NCBI GenBank assembly: GCA_025558095.1
Contig: JAIVFI010000006.1
Location: forward strand, 124,001-188,000
DNA length: 64,000 nucleotides
Reading direction: 5' to 3'
From: Hyaloraphidium curvatum SAG 235-1
Lineage: Eukaryota; Fungi; Monoblepharomycota
Part shown: piece after piece, positions 24,201 through 35,874 of the stretch
How positions within the stretch are numbered: the first letter of the stretch is position 1
How the letters are laid out: every line of letters begins with the position of its first letter
The notes under the pieces: generated by a model
What the model saw: the letters and a program-made list of their open reading frames with translations, nothing else
What the model was told of the DNA's origin: nothing
The model's database searches: none
Position numbers and translations under genes: made by a program

Positions 24201-25316
24201 GCCATCGTCCAATACATGATGTCGCGTTCCTAACCCTGATCGATCAACTAGAAGATCATTCCCCTTGTGCGGAGCAAGTGGACGACAACCTCCCGCCGCG
24301 GGGAGACTAGATGCCGCATGGCAATGATAAATGCTGGTTTCGTACCTTTGATCGCCCCGGATTCGGTTCGCCTAGGGGTCAGACGGATCGATCGGTCGTG
24401 GTGCACTCGCCACCGTTTCTGCGTCATGGCCTGAGGAACGACCGGGGTCTTGGCGCCCACCTGCGCCCTCCCGGGACATACTCGCTTCGCGGAAAGTGCT
24501 GCGTTATGTTTGCTGAGGATCGCTCGGCCGCCAGCTGCCGGGAGGAGTCCTGATGGGCCCCTGCACCGCGCCGCCGCGGGTGCGACGACTTCCGCCCCTT
24601 TCCCGTGCTTCGCTCCTTCGCCGGGCTCTCCTGCCGCCGCAATTGGCGGCTACGCGCTCGACGCATGTGTTTCTCACGCCTCGTCTGGCCTGACTTGCTT
24701 TTGGGTGCCTGGACATGTCGGCGTGGGGGACACTGCGTCGCGGACGGGGGCGTCAACACCGGGACACACAGGGGCGGCGAGGCTGGTTCAGCTTCCTCCA
24801 AAGCACTTCCTCCTTTGTCGATGTCTGTGTTCTGCAGCATCCGGGAGTTATGCGAGGCGTTTCTCGGGGGCTGTATTCGCTCTGCGGCTCAGTTTGAGGT
24901 CGACTTTCGGACATCTCTCCTTTGATGGTACCTGACCTTCTGGATGTGCTTGCCATCAACTGAGATGGATGCCGAACATCTTCTTAGGCCGTATCGCTAC
25001 CGAGTCGACGTAGAACTCGGCAGTGAGCGCTTTTCCTACTCCGCGGCATCTCCATTGGAATCGGTACCTACACACGGCAGCGTGGCACATTTCGTCTTCT
25101 GTCCTCGTCGCTCCTCATCGCGGGTATCACATTATCTGAATCTGTACTTTACAAGGCCGGCACGGCACCATCTGCTATTGCACCTCATCGCGGGTATCTC
25201 TTCTGAATCCGAACTCTATCAGGCCATCTGTCTTGCTCGTTGTCTGCTCATCTTGTATCGATCGATCAGCTGGCACGTCAATGAGCAACGTCCCGCGATT
25301 ATTCTCGGACTCTCTC

Positions 25317-27904
25317 TCACCGCGGGAAGAAGCGGTCCATGGGACCGCTCTTCGGCTTCCCGGGTTCTTCTTTCTCAGTCTTCTTGGCCGGCGCGGTCTT
25401 CTTCTTGGCCTTCTTGTCGGTCGCGGCTTTGTCGTTTTCGTTGCCGGGGCCCGGAAGCAGCTTTTTCCAGTCTCTCGCGGCCGGGTTGGTGCGCGGCGCT
25501 CTTGGGAGGAGCTCGTAGTGGCCGTCGAGCGGGTCATCTTCCTCAAGGTCGATGACCGGGCTGGGAGTGAAGTCGAGCCGCACCTGCTTCGGTGCAGAGG
25601 ACCGCCTGCAGGATCAGATAGCGCGGTCAGAGTCGGAAGCAACATCGCTGGCTGGATGGGAGGTAGGCTCACAGTGTGTTGCCCGCAGCGTTCTCCTCCT
25701 CGACAATCCCCTTCAGCAGGCCGTTGAGGATGCTCTCGTCCGCAATCCCGCGCCGAGCAACGGGGCCGGGTGTGGGAGTGCGGGAGAGACCGAACGGGAG
25801 CTGGCCGCTGAGGTCACGACGCGAAAAGGGACGGCTGGCTGGCAGGAGCTCGTCGATCTTGGAGAACCCGCCGTCGGCCGCAACCCTGTTCTTGAGCTTG
25901 CGAGGAGGAAGCCTGAGGATCGATCCCCATGAGTTTCGAGGCCTGCTGTCGGCGTCGGGCACCTACAGTTCCTCATCCGCGTCGTCAATGGCGAAGCCGA
26001 AGTCGCCCTGGGGCCGAGGGGTGTCGGCGCCGGAGAGGAAGCCAAAGACGTCATCGCCCCCGAAGAAGTGCTTGTCGGCCTGCTCCGGCTCGTCTTCGGC
26101 AAGGGCGGCGGGTGCGATCGCCGTCTTCTTCCGCCTCGACTTGGGGCGCGGGTTCCTGTGGATTAATCTGAGCGGCGATTCGGAAGCAGTTCCCGAGGCC
26201 TGCACCCACGTGTCGTCGGGCTCCTCGTCGCTCTCGACGATGGCGCGCCGCGGGCGCTTCTTCGGCAGCCGCGTCTCCTCCTCCTCGTCGTCGACCTCCT
26301 CCGGCCCCGACTCTCCGTTCGCCGCGGCTTCGGCCAGCGCGTCCTTCCTGGTGACGGTGTCGCCGTATCCCTTCGCCCTGAAGTCGGTCTCGGTGTTCAG
26401 GACACTTCCCCCGAGGTACTTGACGTAGTTGTAGACCGGCACGACGTTGCCCGTGCAAGGATCCTTCAGCCAGGTGACATCCTCCTTGCCGGGGATGTTG
26501 TGCTCTGGGTAGCCGGGAAGCTGGACGACGAGGTCCATCTCCAACGACTTTGCCTCAGCCACCCGCTTCACCAGCTCCTCGGCGGACGGAGGCGGATCCT
26601 CGCCGGCCGCCGTTGCCGCGGCGCGGAGTTTCGCGGTGATGACGTCGTCGGGCACGGCCAGGAACGGACGCGCCGAGCCCGGCACGATTCGGCCCCGCAC
26701 TTTGGGATCGGCGTGCTGCTTGAAGTAGGCGACCATCGCGTTGCCGGCGATCCCTTCGGCCTCCGGGTCGATAGTGGTGAACGCGTCGTACCACTGCGTG
26801 GCCTCGGTCTGGGTGATGGATATCTGCGAAACGAAGAAGGGAATGTCAATGAAGGTCGTTGGCAAGCGACCGCCTGCCTACCCTTTCTCGGTGCAAGGAC
26901 GTCTGGAGGACCACGGGCTGCGGCGTCAGCCTGAGCCCCGTCTCCGCAAACCTCTTCTTGGCCGCCTCGAAGTTGGACTTGGCCAGAGCGGCGCGGGTCT
27001 TGGCGGAGCCTGCGGCGTTGTGGGCGACGAGATGCTTCCCGGTCTTCGCCTGGATCTCGTAATGAACGCCGCCGGGACCGAAGTTCTTCTCGGCTGCGAC
27101 CTTGCCGTTGATCCTCCCGTTCGCGGCCAGCGTCTCGGTGGTGGCGACGCCGCCCTCCATTTCCGATTTATCATTCAGGCCCGCGCGCACGTGGCCCGCG
27201 GCCAGCCTCTCCTTCAGCGCCGCGGTGCCCGAGTTCCTGATCGCTTCGCGGCCGTAGGCGGTCATGAAGAGGAGGAGAGAGTGGATGGAGGAGGCCTCGC
27301 CGACGTACAGCGCGATTTCCATCGCGATCTCGTGCTCCTCGTCGTTCGGGAAGCTCATGAGGAAGCCGAGCATCCAGGATGCGATCACGGTGTCGCGGTA
27401 GAGCGGCTTTTCGGGATACAGCGCGCGATGCGACTCGCTGTTGTGTTGGTTCCAAAAGCGCTGCTGGGCGCCCTTCTTCCCGCTGCCGAGGCCCGCGTAG
27501 TACCGCTCCAAGGTTTCGATCATGGCGTCCAAGCCCTTGACCATGTACAGCGACTTGTCCTCGGTCACGGATTCCCTGTTCTTCATCTTCGCGTATTGCA
27601 GCTTTGAGGGGTCGGCGGTCAGCACAGCCTCCTGCGCGTCGGTCTTGTAGCAGCGAAACAGCTCCAGGCAGAATTCCGGGGACGAAAGGAGGCGGCACTT
27701 GAACTTGTTGAAGTTGGTGGGCTCCATCCTCTGCGTGTGCGCGGCGTAGTCTGCCCAGTGGGCCTGCAGTCCCCCGGTGACGAACTCGGCCTCGTTGCGC
27801 AGCCGATTCTCGTCAGGATTCGGGTAGCGCTTCGCAGCCAATGCTGCGACCCTTTGGATGCATTCTTCGGTCGAGATTTTGAACCAGTCCGTGTGCATCG
27901 GCAT
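25317..27904 (-). CDS. Putative GIY-YIG-like endonuclease-domain protein with disordered C-terminal half and PIP-like tail (4 exons)
   Basis: SLYMVKG...RYYAGLG...QQRFWNQH, LYVGEASSI, GLNDKSEMEGG. Intron 26824-26881 plus two more near 25911-25966 and 25604-25672 link the track ORFs; ends GPMDRFFPR*. The gene model is firmer than the function. Confidence 0.5.
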
Positions 27905-28632
27905 CTTGGCGCTAAGATCGATTTCGCTGAAAGCAAAGAGAGCCGGGTGCGAGAAGTAGACGTCCGAGGCGTCCGGCGCGCGTCCGAGGGCACACAACAG
28001 AGTGCGGAAGGTCCGCGTGAACTTGAGGAGGCAGACAGATGGCCGCAGAAGGAGTGCGCGAGGGAACGCGCTCGCGAAGGCGCCGGGCGCCGAGGCGCGG
28101 AGACGCACAGAGGGACGCGCAGCCGCCCAGTCCCGCCGCTCCTCGACAGCGACGACCAAAATGTGGCCTCTGGAGATGGGCACGCCGCGTGGAACGCTGC
28201 GCGGCGTGCACTGGCCCGGCCGCAGAAAAACGGAGGATTCGGGGACGGCGGTCGCATCACGACCGACCGTCAAACTCTGATTCACCGATCATCCCCGAAT
28301 CAACCCGCGAGGACATACAAGGGCTTGACGGAGTAATGAAGTTGATGGTAGTCAAGCCTATTGCTTCATCGCTCCTTTCGGTACCGGTCCGTGTTCGTGG
28401 TGCGTGGGCTCGTGCGCGCTCGCCATGCTTGCCTTCGATCGAGACGTGGACAACAGCGAACCGGCACTTCAAGGCGGAGAATCATCGGACGTGGCGATTG
28501 CTTTCATTGACCTTTATGAAGCCTTGGAACAAATGTTAGGGGCCAGTTGTCGGTGCACGACGCCCCGCAAGTCCCCTCCAGCCCTGCCGTCCTCCGATGA
28601 TCCAGCTTGCAACACCGAGCATGATCACCACT

Positions 28633-29260
28633 TCAATCGCCAATCTTCATCCCGCACTTGGTGCACTGTTTGATACTTCGTCCAGGGGGGCAACAGCAGA
28701 AATCTGCGCGAACCATGTCAGACCCCTCTGCTCCCACGACAAAAAGAAGCACAAAGGCACCCACTAAACGGACAGCAGAAGAGACACAACACCACGTCCT
28801 TGACCGACCAGGCACCGGTCTTGACGAAGTTGTGCTGGCACTGGCTCACATAGACCACCGTCTGCCCCGCCGGCCCCGCCACCTGCGCCGTGTTGGAGTG
28901 GTACACGTATTGCGCCGGCGGTGGGGCGGCGGAGGGCGCGACGTATACGGGCTGCTGCTGGGGGGGAGGGTAGGCGGCGGCGGAGGAGCTCGTTGGGGCC
29001 GGGTAGGGCGAGTATGCGGGCGGAACGTCGGCGGCTGCGAAAGGAGAGGTCACTGCCCCGTCTTTCGGAGAGGAAAAAGTGATTGCAGGCGTCCTTTGGC
29101 CACGATGGCCGGTTCTGCCTCTACGGGGTATCATTCCTCCGGTCCTCCGCAGCTCCCTCCAGCGGCCTGCGACGGTACTTCCGCCGCCGCAAACCCAGCA
29201 GTTCTCCTTCTATCCGTTTCGTCGGCGGTTCCACCTGGCCGCATCCCCACCTTTCGACAT
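28633..29260 (-). CDS. Small Pro/Tyr-rich, Cys-rich membrane-associated protein (BRI3/LITAF-like)
   Basis: PPAY motif, Pro/Gln/Tyr-rich N-terminus, CQH...hydrophobic LCLFCCPF|NFCCCPP...CTKCG. The start exon MSK is inferred. Confidence 0.65.
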
Positions 29261-29441
29261 GTCTGCGCTCTTGCGTGTTTGCTGTGGAACGCCGACCGCA
29301 GCTGCTCCGCCTCGCGCGCGCGACAGGGACCCCTTCAAACTCCGTGCCCTGAATCCATCCGCCTCGTCGAACCCCTTCATCTCCCTCTCCCTCTTCTTCT
29401 CCGCCGGCCGTCGCCCTTCCCGCTTCGCCCCGGCCGCCGCG

Positions 29442-30562
29442 ATGCCCTCGAACCCGGACTCCCCGGCCTCCGCGTCCCCGCCGGCCCCGTTCACCGTCCC
29501 CGAGGGCGCCAAAGTCGTCTTCGGGATCGACATTGGCGGCAGCGGGATCAAAGGCGCCCCCGTGGACGTGGAAAAGGGCAAGATGCTGACGGAGCGGTGC
29601 GTTCCCGCGAGGATGGCCGGCGATCCGGGGTTGACGTGACGGGCAAAGGTTCCGGATCGAGACGCCGCAACCGGCCACGCCCGAGGCGGTGGGAGAGACG
29701 GTGAAGAAGCTGGTGGAGCATTTCGGGTGGACCGGGCCGATAGGCACGTCTCTTGCTCGGCTGCGGAGGGGAGGCGCGTGGGCTGACTGGCCGGCAAGGC
29801 TGCACGTTCCCGGCCATCGTCCACAAGGGGCACACGCTGTCGGCAGCGAATGTGGACGGGAGCTGGCTGAATGCCCACGCGGAGAAGATCCTTTCGGAGG
29901 CGGTGGGGAGGCCGGTGGTGCTGATCAACGGTGGGCGACATCGCACTTCTGTTCGGGCAGCAGGCTAACTGCTCGATCTGTTCATAGACGCCGACGCAGC
30001 AGGACTGGCAGAGGCCGTCTTTGGCGCCGCCAAAGGTACGCGGCCCGAGGCGATCACCCTCCGAGCCGTTCCTCAACCCCCTTCTCCAGGCGTCCCCGGC
30101 ACCGTCTGCGTCCTCACCTTTGGCACCGGCATCGGCTCCGCCCTCGTCGTGGACGGCAAGCTGATCCTCAACACCGAGTTCGGCCACCTCATCTTCCCGA
30201 AACACGAGATCGCAGAGAGGTACTGCGCGGCGAGGGTCAAGGAGGACACGGACATGAAGTGGGACGAGTAGTGGGTTCCTCCGCCCTGCACCGCTCCGAT
30301 CTCGGCCGACCGACCCCCTGCCGCGGCGGATGACAGCTCCAAGCGCGTCAACGAGTACCTCACCCACGTGCAGCTCCTCCTCTCCCCCTCGCTCTTCGTC
30401 GCCGGCGGCGGCATCTCGAAAAAGGCGGACAAGTGGCTCCCCAAGGCCAAGGAAGGCCTGCGGTGCGACGTGGTGCCGGCGGCGCTGCAGAACGAGGCGG
30501 GGATCATCGGCGCGGCGCTGCAGGCCGCGAGGCTGGCGGGGATCGTGGACGTGAAGGTCTGA
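29442..30562 (+). CDS. ppgK: Polyphosphate glucokinase (ROK family, bacterial type) with 5 spliceosomal introns
   Basis: FGIDIGGSGIKGAPVD, RFRIETPQPATPEAV, WTGPIGCTFPA, SAANVDGSW, INDADAAGLAE, LTFGTGIGSA, NTEFGH, GGGISKK, LQNEAGIIGAA. Introns 29597-29648, 29744-29798 (GC-AG), 29931-29987, 30036-30089, 30271-30336. Confidence 0.9.
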
Positions 30563-30880
30563 AGGAGCGAAAAAGGGCGGGAACGGGGAGGTAGATATGT
30601 AATGTAGGCGTGCTACTGAAGTCTTGCGTCGTATTGCGGCCTCTCTGCCATCACATCCAGAATCCCGCAGACAATAGTGATAATCCTTGTCTTGCGATCA
30701 ACGAGATCCATTGGTCGATCTGTATCCTCTTCCCGGCGGATCGCCGGGATGCGGCGATTCGGTAGCGCGTAGGCTGGCTCACGCGTCTTGACCCGTCGGC
30801 TGACGGTCACTTCCCGTCCGCTTCGCCCCACACATTCCGCCCCCAAAACCGCGAATCGCGCCCAGATCGTCCCGCCGGCG

Positions 30881-31230
30881 ATGCGCGCACGTCTCTCGCA
30901 TCTCCTACTTGCCGCCGCCGCTCTCCTCGCGGCGGGATGCCCCGCCGACGCGCAGCTCCGCCTGTCGTGGCAGCGCCCTTTCAAGCTCTTCGATCCCCAG
31001 GGCGGCTGCCCCGCCGGCCGCTACGCCTACGCCCCCTCGGCGGTCAACGACGGCCGCACGATGTACGTGTTCCACTGCGGCAACCGGGCCGCGGGCGAGA
31101 TCGTGGACGTCGTCCGCCGCGCGTCGTGGACGCTGGGCGGGGGCACGTGGACCTTCGCGGGGGACGTCGCGGTGCTGTACCCCTCGTTGGGCGACGCGGG
31201 GATGCTCATCGGGGACGTGGGCACCTGCTC
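30881..31230 (+). pseudogene. Truncated secreted protein, possibly the first blade of a GH43/GH32-like beta-propeller
   Basis: Signal peptide MRARLSHLLLAAAALLAAG, then YAYAPSAV...MYVFHCGN...GEIVD...W...VLYP. Coding-like composition stops near 31230. Confidence 0.4.
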
Positions 31231-31449
31231 AGCATCTGAGTGTGGCGGTAGGAAAGGTAGTGGGCACTTTAGTCCGGTAAGCAATCGAAGGATGTGTACC
31301 ACACTGGCGCGAGGTCGCCGTAGCCGTTACAGCCGGCCGTGCGCAATCTCGCTCCACATTCCATGGCTTGTCGAGAATCCCGCGGGCACCAGGAATCATC
31401 CGTGGCGCTCGAGCGATGAGATGTAACGACAGATACTGATTGCCTTCCG

Positions 31450-31790
31450 CTAACGAGTCCCCCGAGAGCAAGGTGCGATGATGCGCTGTTTCCCGATCCC
31501 TCCGTGCACAACCTCGTTTGGTTTGTGGTCTCGACCTTCGGCCGCCTGCACGACGCGGCGGACGAACAGCTCCGTGTTTGGTCTCGAGAGATCTCTCCCC
31601 CGCGCACCAAATCCGACGGCAAAGACTGGGATGTCGATGGTCTCATGGCCCGCCAGACCGGCCGTCTGCGCGCCGTTGTTCAGCGGGGGCGCGTACTGGG
31701 TTGCCAACAGCTTATGAACAGGTTCAAGGAAGCCTGTACCCGGCAGCTCGGCGGACATCTAACCCCTCCCCTCTTCCCCGAATTCAATGT
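31450..31790 (+). mobile_element. Possible degenerate 3' end of an RLE-type (CRE-like) non-LTR retrotransposon
   Basis: LVWFVVSTFGRLHDAADEQL...LRAVVQRG resembles the FxPxVxETxGxL...LSxAxQRG tail of RLE elements. No RT domain is present. Confidence 0.3.
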
Positions 31791-31924
31791 ATATGGCGTT
31801 ACGTGATGTATCGGGGTTGGGGGGCGCTCAGCGCCTGTGATAGAGATCCGATGCGCTGTGTGGCTGGACTCGCGAGGCCGGGGCCGAAGACCCCAACCTC
31901 GGCGACTCGACGCCACCTCACACA

Positions 31925-33046
31925 ATGGCGTCGCCAGCGAGCTCACCGCCGCGGCCAGTGCCGCAGGTCATTGTCGGGGATGCTGAGACGCCGGAAGAGC
32001 CGGCGGCGGTGGCAGCCGCGGCGGAGCACCCGCCCGCGGAGCCCCCCGCGGACCACCGCTCCTTCAGCGCGCGCATGAAGGGCTTCCTCGGCGGGTCCCG
32101 CCGCAAATCGAGGTCGGAGGACGGCGGCCCCGGCGGGCGCCCGCCGCCGCACGCGGAGCCGCCCGACCCCGCCGCCCGCCGCCGCAGCGTCGACGAGAAG
32201 GAGCCCGGCGCCATGTCGCGCCTCCGCAACGCCTTCCGCCGGAGCTCCACCGTGCACGAGGAGCCCCCGCGCATCGCAACGATCGAGGAGTACCCCGATC
32301 TCCCGCTGCGCATGGACCCGGCTCCCGAGGCAGACCCCGGCGCGCTGCTTACGCCCGACGTCGCCGCCGCCCTGCGGGCAAAGATGCCCTCGCGGTTCCG
32401 CTACAACAACCACTGGGTGCTGCTCTACCGTCTCTCGAGCAACGGCGCGAGCCTCAACACCCTGTACGGCCTCGTCTCGAAGAAGGGCCCAACGGTGTGG
32501 GTCGTCCGCGGCATGGCGGGCCAAAAGGTCGGCGCCTTCGTGGCCTCGCCCGTGCGCAACCCCGGCTGGTCGGGCAGGGACTCGGAGCACTACTACGGCT
32601 CGGGCGAGGGCTTCGTGTTCGAGGTCGTCCGGGGCACGGGCGAGGTGCGCGTGGCCGAGACCACCATGCGCAACTCGCACTACGTCGCCACGCTGCCCGA
32701 CGCCGTCATCTTCGGCGGCTCGGGTGGGGATCCCTACGCGGCGGTGCAGCCGGGGACCAAGGCGGGGGAGGGGATCGCGCTGCAGCTGGGGGACGAGTTC
32801 AGGAGGGCGTGGAGCGAGGGGCAGTGCCCGACGTACGAGCTGAAAGGGATCCCCTTGGGGGCCGAGAGGGACGCGGCGGGGAACCCGGTGGGCGTGCTGG
32901 ACTACGGGGACAGGGGGCTGGCGTACCAGTTTTCGGTCGCGGACGTGGAGATCTGGGGGTTGCGGTTCGGGCGCGAGGCGGGCATCTCGCCGCTCTACAA
33001 CCTGGACGACGGCGAGAGGCTGTACGGCGAGGGGTTGGGGCGGTAA
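31925..33046 (+). CDS. TLDc-domain protein (Oxr1-like)
   Basis: LRAKMPSRF, WVLLYRLSSNGASLNTLY, VGAFV, YYGSGEGFVF, FGG, DVEIWG. Confidence 0.88.
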   Translation: MASPASSPPRPVPQVIVGDAETPEEPAAVAAAAEHPPAEPPADHRSFSARMKGFLGGSRRKSRSEDGGPGGRPPPHAEPPDPAARRRSVDEKEPGAMSRLRNAFRRSSTVHEEPPRIATIEEYPDLPLRMDPAPEADPGALLTPDVAAALRAKMPSRFRYNNHWVLLYRLSSNGASLNTLYGLVSKKGPTVWVVRGMAGQKVGAFVASPVRNPGWSGRDSEHYYGSGEGFVFEVVRGTGEVRVAETTMRNSHYVATLPDAVIFGGSGGDPYAAVQPGTKAGEGIALQLGDEFRRAWSEGQCPTYELKGIPLGAERDAAGNPVGVLDYGDRGLAYQFSVADVEIWGLRFGREAGISPLYNLDDGERLYGEGLGR

Positions 33047-33137
33047 CTGGCTCACGGCGGTGGATGGTGGAAGTCTGAAGAGGCTGCGTGCTCGAATTGC
33101 TGCACTGTGTCTAGATTAGGGCGTACATGGAACTCTT

Positions 33138-33183
33138 GGCAAGCAATAAGATACCCAAACGAATGTACAGAGACTACATGATC
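33138..33183. repeat. 46-bp direct repeat, copy 1
   Basis: ggcaagcaataagatacccaaacgaatgtacagagactacatgatc; 40/46 identical to 34558-34603. Confidence 0.85.
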
Positions 33184-33202
33184 CAGGTCTATGGGCCAAC
33201 AC

Positions 33203-34409
33203 TCACACCACCGGAGGCTTGTACTTGTAGCTCTCCCTGATGTTGCGCACGGTCCACTCGCCGGCCCTGACGGGCGGGTACTTTGCCCCCGACGGCCCCA
33301 GGCAGGTCGGCAGGCATTCCACCACGGCGCCGTAATCCGCGCCGAAAAAGAAGACCAGCGAGTACCGGTCCCCGCCCGAGAGGTTGACCACCCGATGCAC
33401 GGTCGACCGGTACACGTCGTTGGTCCAGCGCATCATGCAGTCGCCGATGTTGATGAGCAGGCAGCCCGGGACGGGAGGCGCGGCGACCCATTCCGAGCTG
33501 GCGTTGAGGACCTGGAGGCCGTCGGCGTCCTGCGCGAGGATCGTGAAGCATTCGTAGTCGGTCTGCCGATGCGGGCGTGAGGGAGGCTTCCCGGCGAGCC
33601 TCTTGCCAACCCACGTGGGCGCCGATCCCGATCTCGGTCCCCCTCTTCTTCGGGCTCTGGGGCGGGTAGTGAAGCATCCTGAGCTGGCCCATCGGCTTGG
33701 TGATCTTGTCCTCGAACCACGTCTCGGGCAGCCCGAGCGCCAGCGCGAAACCCCTGAAGATCCTCCGCCCCGCGCGCACCATCTCGTCCACGTACTCGTT
33801 CACGGGATCCGCCATCTCGGAGCGGGCCACGGAGGCCGGGAACATGTTTGGGCCGTACATCGGGTTGCCGGCCAGGAAGTCGGGGTCGTCGGGTGGCAGG
33901 TCCAGGCCCACCTCGAGGGCCTCGTGGATGTCGGCGGCGTCGGGATTGTTGATGTCCGCGTTGAGCCCGCCGTAGCCGACGTAGCCGCGGTGGCGGGTGC
34001 CCTTGTTGATGTCGAGCTCCAGCTTTTCCTCCTCGGGGAGCGCAAAGAAGAGCTTGGAGGCCGCAAAAGCGGCATTGATCGCCGCTTCCGGCACACCGTG
34101 GTTCTTGACGTAGAGAAAGCCGACGCGTCGGCATGCGCGGTCGATCTCTCTTGCCACGGCCATCCTCTTGTCCGGATCCGGGGAATCGAGGCCGGCAATG
34201 TCCACAATGGGTATCTCGCTGAAGTCCAAGGTCTTCGCCGTCGTGTCCTGCCTATCGATGGAAACGGCGCGCTGCTGCAGATCCGCGGGCGCAGGCGCGG
34301 CGACGTGCGCGGCGGACAGGCGAGGCTGGGGAGGGGGGGGAGCGGCCGAAAGGTGCGACGCGAGCTGCCGCGCACGACGCGGTGCCGGAGGCATCGTCTG
34401 TTCGGCCAT
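33203..34409 (-). CDS. 2-oxoglutarate/Fe(II) dioxygenase, IPNS-like
   Basis: IPIVDI, GFLYVKNHGV, LRMLHYPPQ, GAH|TDYECFTIL (HxD split by an intron near 33563-33614), NIGD, STVHRV, RYS. Confidence 0.92.
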
Positions 34410-34557
34410 GGAGGTCGACTGCCACGCCGCGCAAAGGAGAGATCGCGAGATCGCACTGGCGTCCTTGCGTCGGGCGGAGATAGGCCAACCAGCCGCCAGC
34501 GGCCTGGCCGCCCGCCGTTGCTCCGCTTCGCACACCGCTTACTGGTGGGTCCGTTGC

Positions 34558-34603
34558 GGCAAGAATTTAGATACCCAAACGAATGTGCAGGGACTACACG
34601 ATC
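34558..34603. repeat. 46-bp direct repeat, copy 2
   Basis: ggcaagaatttagatacccaaacgaatgtgcagggactacacgatc. Confidence 0.85.
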
Positions 34604-34650
34604 GAGCCAACGGGACAACCAGCGCTCGATCCCCCATCCCCTTCCCCCAA

Positions 34651-35874
34651 TCAGAGGAACGAGTACTCGCTGTTGACCCGCTCCGCCTCCTCCGCGGCCA
34701 TGATCACCAGCGACCTCGCGTACATGGGCCAGAACCCGCGGTACAGGCTCGTGTAGCCCACCCAGAAGCTCCTCGCGCGGTCCACGACGCCCTCCCCCGC
34801 CGCGGGCCCCTCCTCCCTCGACACGCGCAGGAAGACGTCCAGCACGCCCGCGTAGGGCTGCGCCGAGACCGCGACGACGGTCGGGTACGACGGGTCCGGG
34901 ACCTTCTCCGCCGCCTCGACGTTGGGGGTCGAGGGGATCAGCCGGCGCTTGCGGTGCGGCACGGCCTGGGCGTAGAGCCGCTTGCGCGCGAGCTCCCACG
35001 GCGCCAGCACGGCCGTCTCGAGGGCCAGCAGGGCGGCCTGGCAGAGGCGGTAGGTGACGGGGTTGAAGGTCGTGGTGAGGTTGAGCACGTGGGTGATGGC
35101 GTAGCCCGAGAGGAGGCGCAGGCCGGGACGGAGGGCGTGGTAGAAGAGAGAGGGGAGGAAGTGCCGGGGGGAGTACCAGGCCAGGACGCCGCCCTCCTCG
35201 TTGGCGATCGTGGCGAGGCAGTGGAAGAGGCCGACGTACTTGGCCTTTTTGTCGTGCGTGGCCTGCACGATAAGGCTGGGCGGGGGGAGGTCACGTCGTT
35301 GCGTGGCGCCGTCCGACGCGTCACACCCACCGGGTCCTCGCCAGCTCCAGCGGGTTGAGCAGGCCCCCGACCACCATGTTGGTGGCGATGTTGATGCCCG
35401 GGTCCGTGTCCTCGAACACGTCCAGCAGATCCAGCATGAGCTCCTCCAAGTTGGGCTGCAGGATCTGCTCGGCCATGAACTGCAGAAAAGTTATAAAGTG
35501 GCCTGCCCAAACCAGCCGGCAATATCTAGTTCAGCCCGATGATCCGAAGAGCCTGCAGTCGGGGTCCCACCGCGGAAGAGCGTGGTGTAGCCGAAGTGGT
35601 CGTACTCGAGCACCTGCCGCAGCGGCTTGACGATGCCGGGCGACAGCGCCGGCAGCTGGCCCTCCGCCTGTTCGCTCCCGCGGTACTGCACCTGCAGCAG
35701 CGTCTCGGCCAGCTGGAACGGCGCGGTCGCGGCGGCGAGGCCGTAGCTGCGCGCGGTGAAGGTGAGCCAGTCCTGGCGCTGCCACGCGGGGTCGTCGAGC
35801 TCGTCGAAGCCGTCGCCCTCGTACAGCGGGATCTGGTCGGCCTTGCCGGCGAGCCGGCCGAACCACGACGCCAT
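34651..35874 (-). CDS. Mitochondrial-carrier-like outer membrane protein, Ugo1/SLC25A46-like
   Basis: Three degenerate carrier motifs: PFQLAETLLQVQY, P...TRLIVQ...KYVGLFHCL...EEGG, and PWELARKRLYAQ...LYRGF. Two introns. Confidence 0.75.

Noticed and set aside
25110-25200. Repeated ctcatcgcgggtatc 15-mer
   Set aside because: Only two copies, with no array, spacer structure or terminal-repeat context; not CRISPR.
25963-25965. Apparent in-frame TAG read-through between ORFs 25963-26865 and 25669-25962
   Set aside because: The TAG lies within a GTAGGT splice donor, so an ordinary intron explains it.
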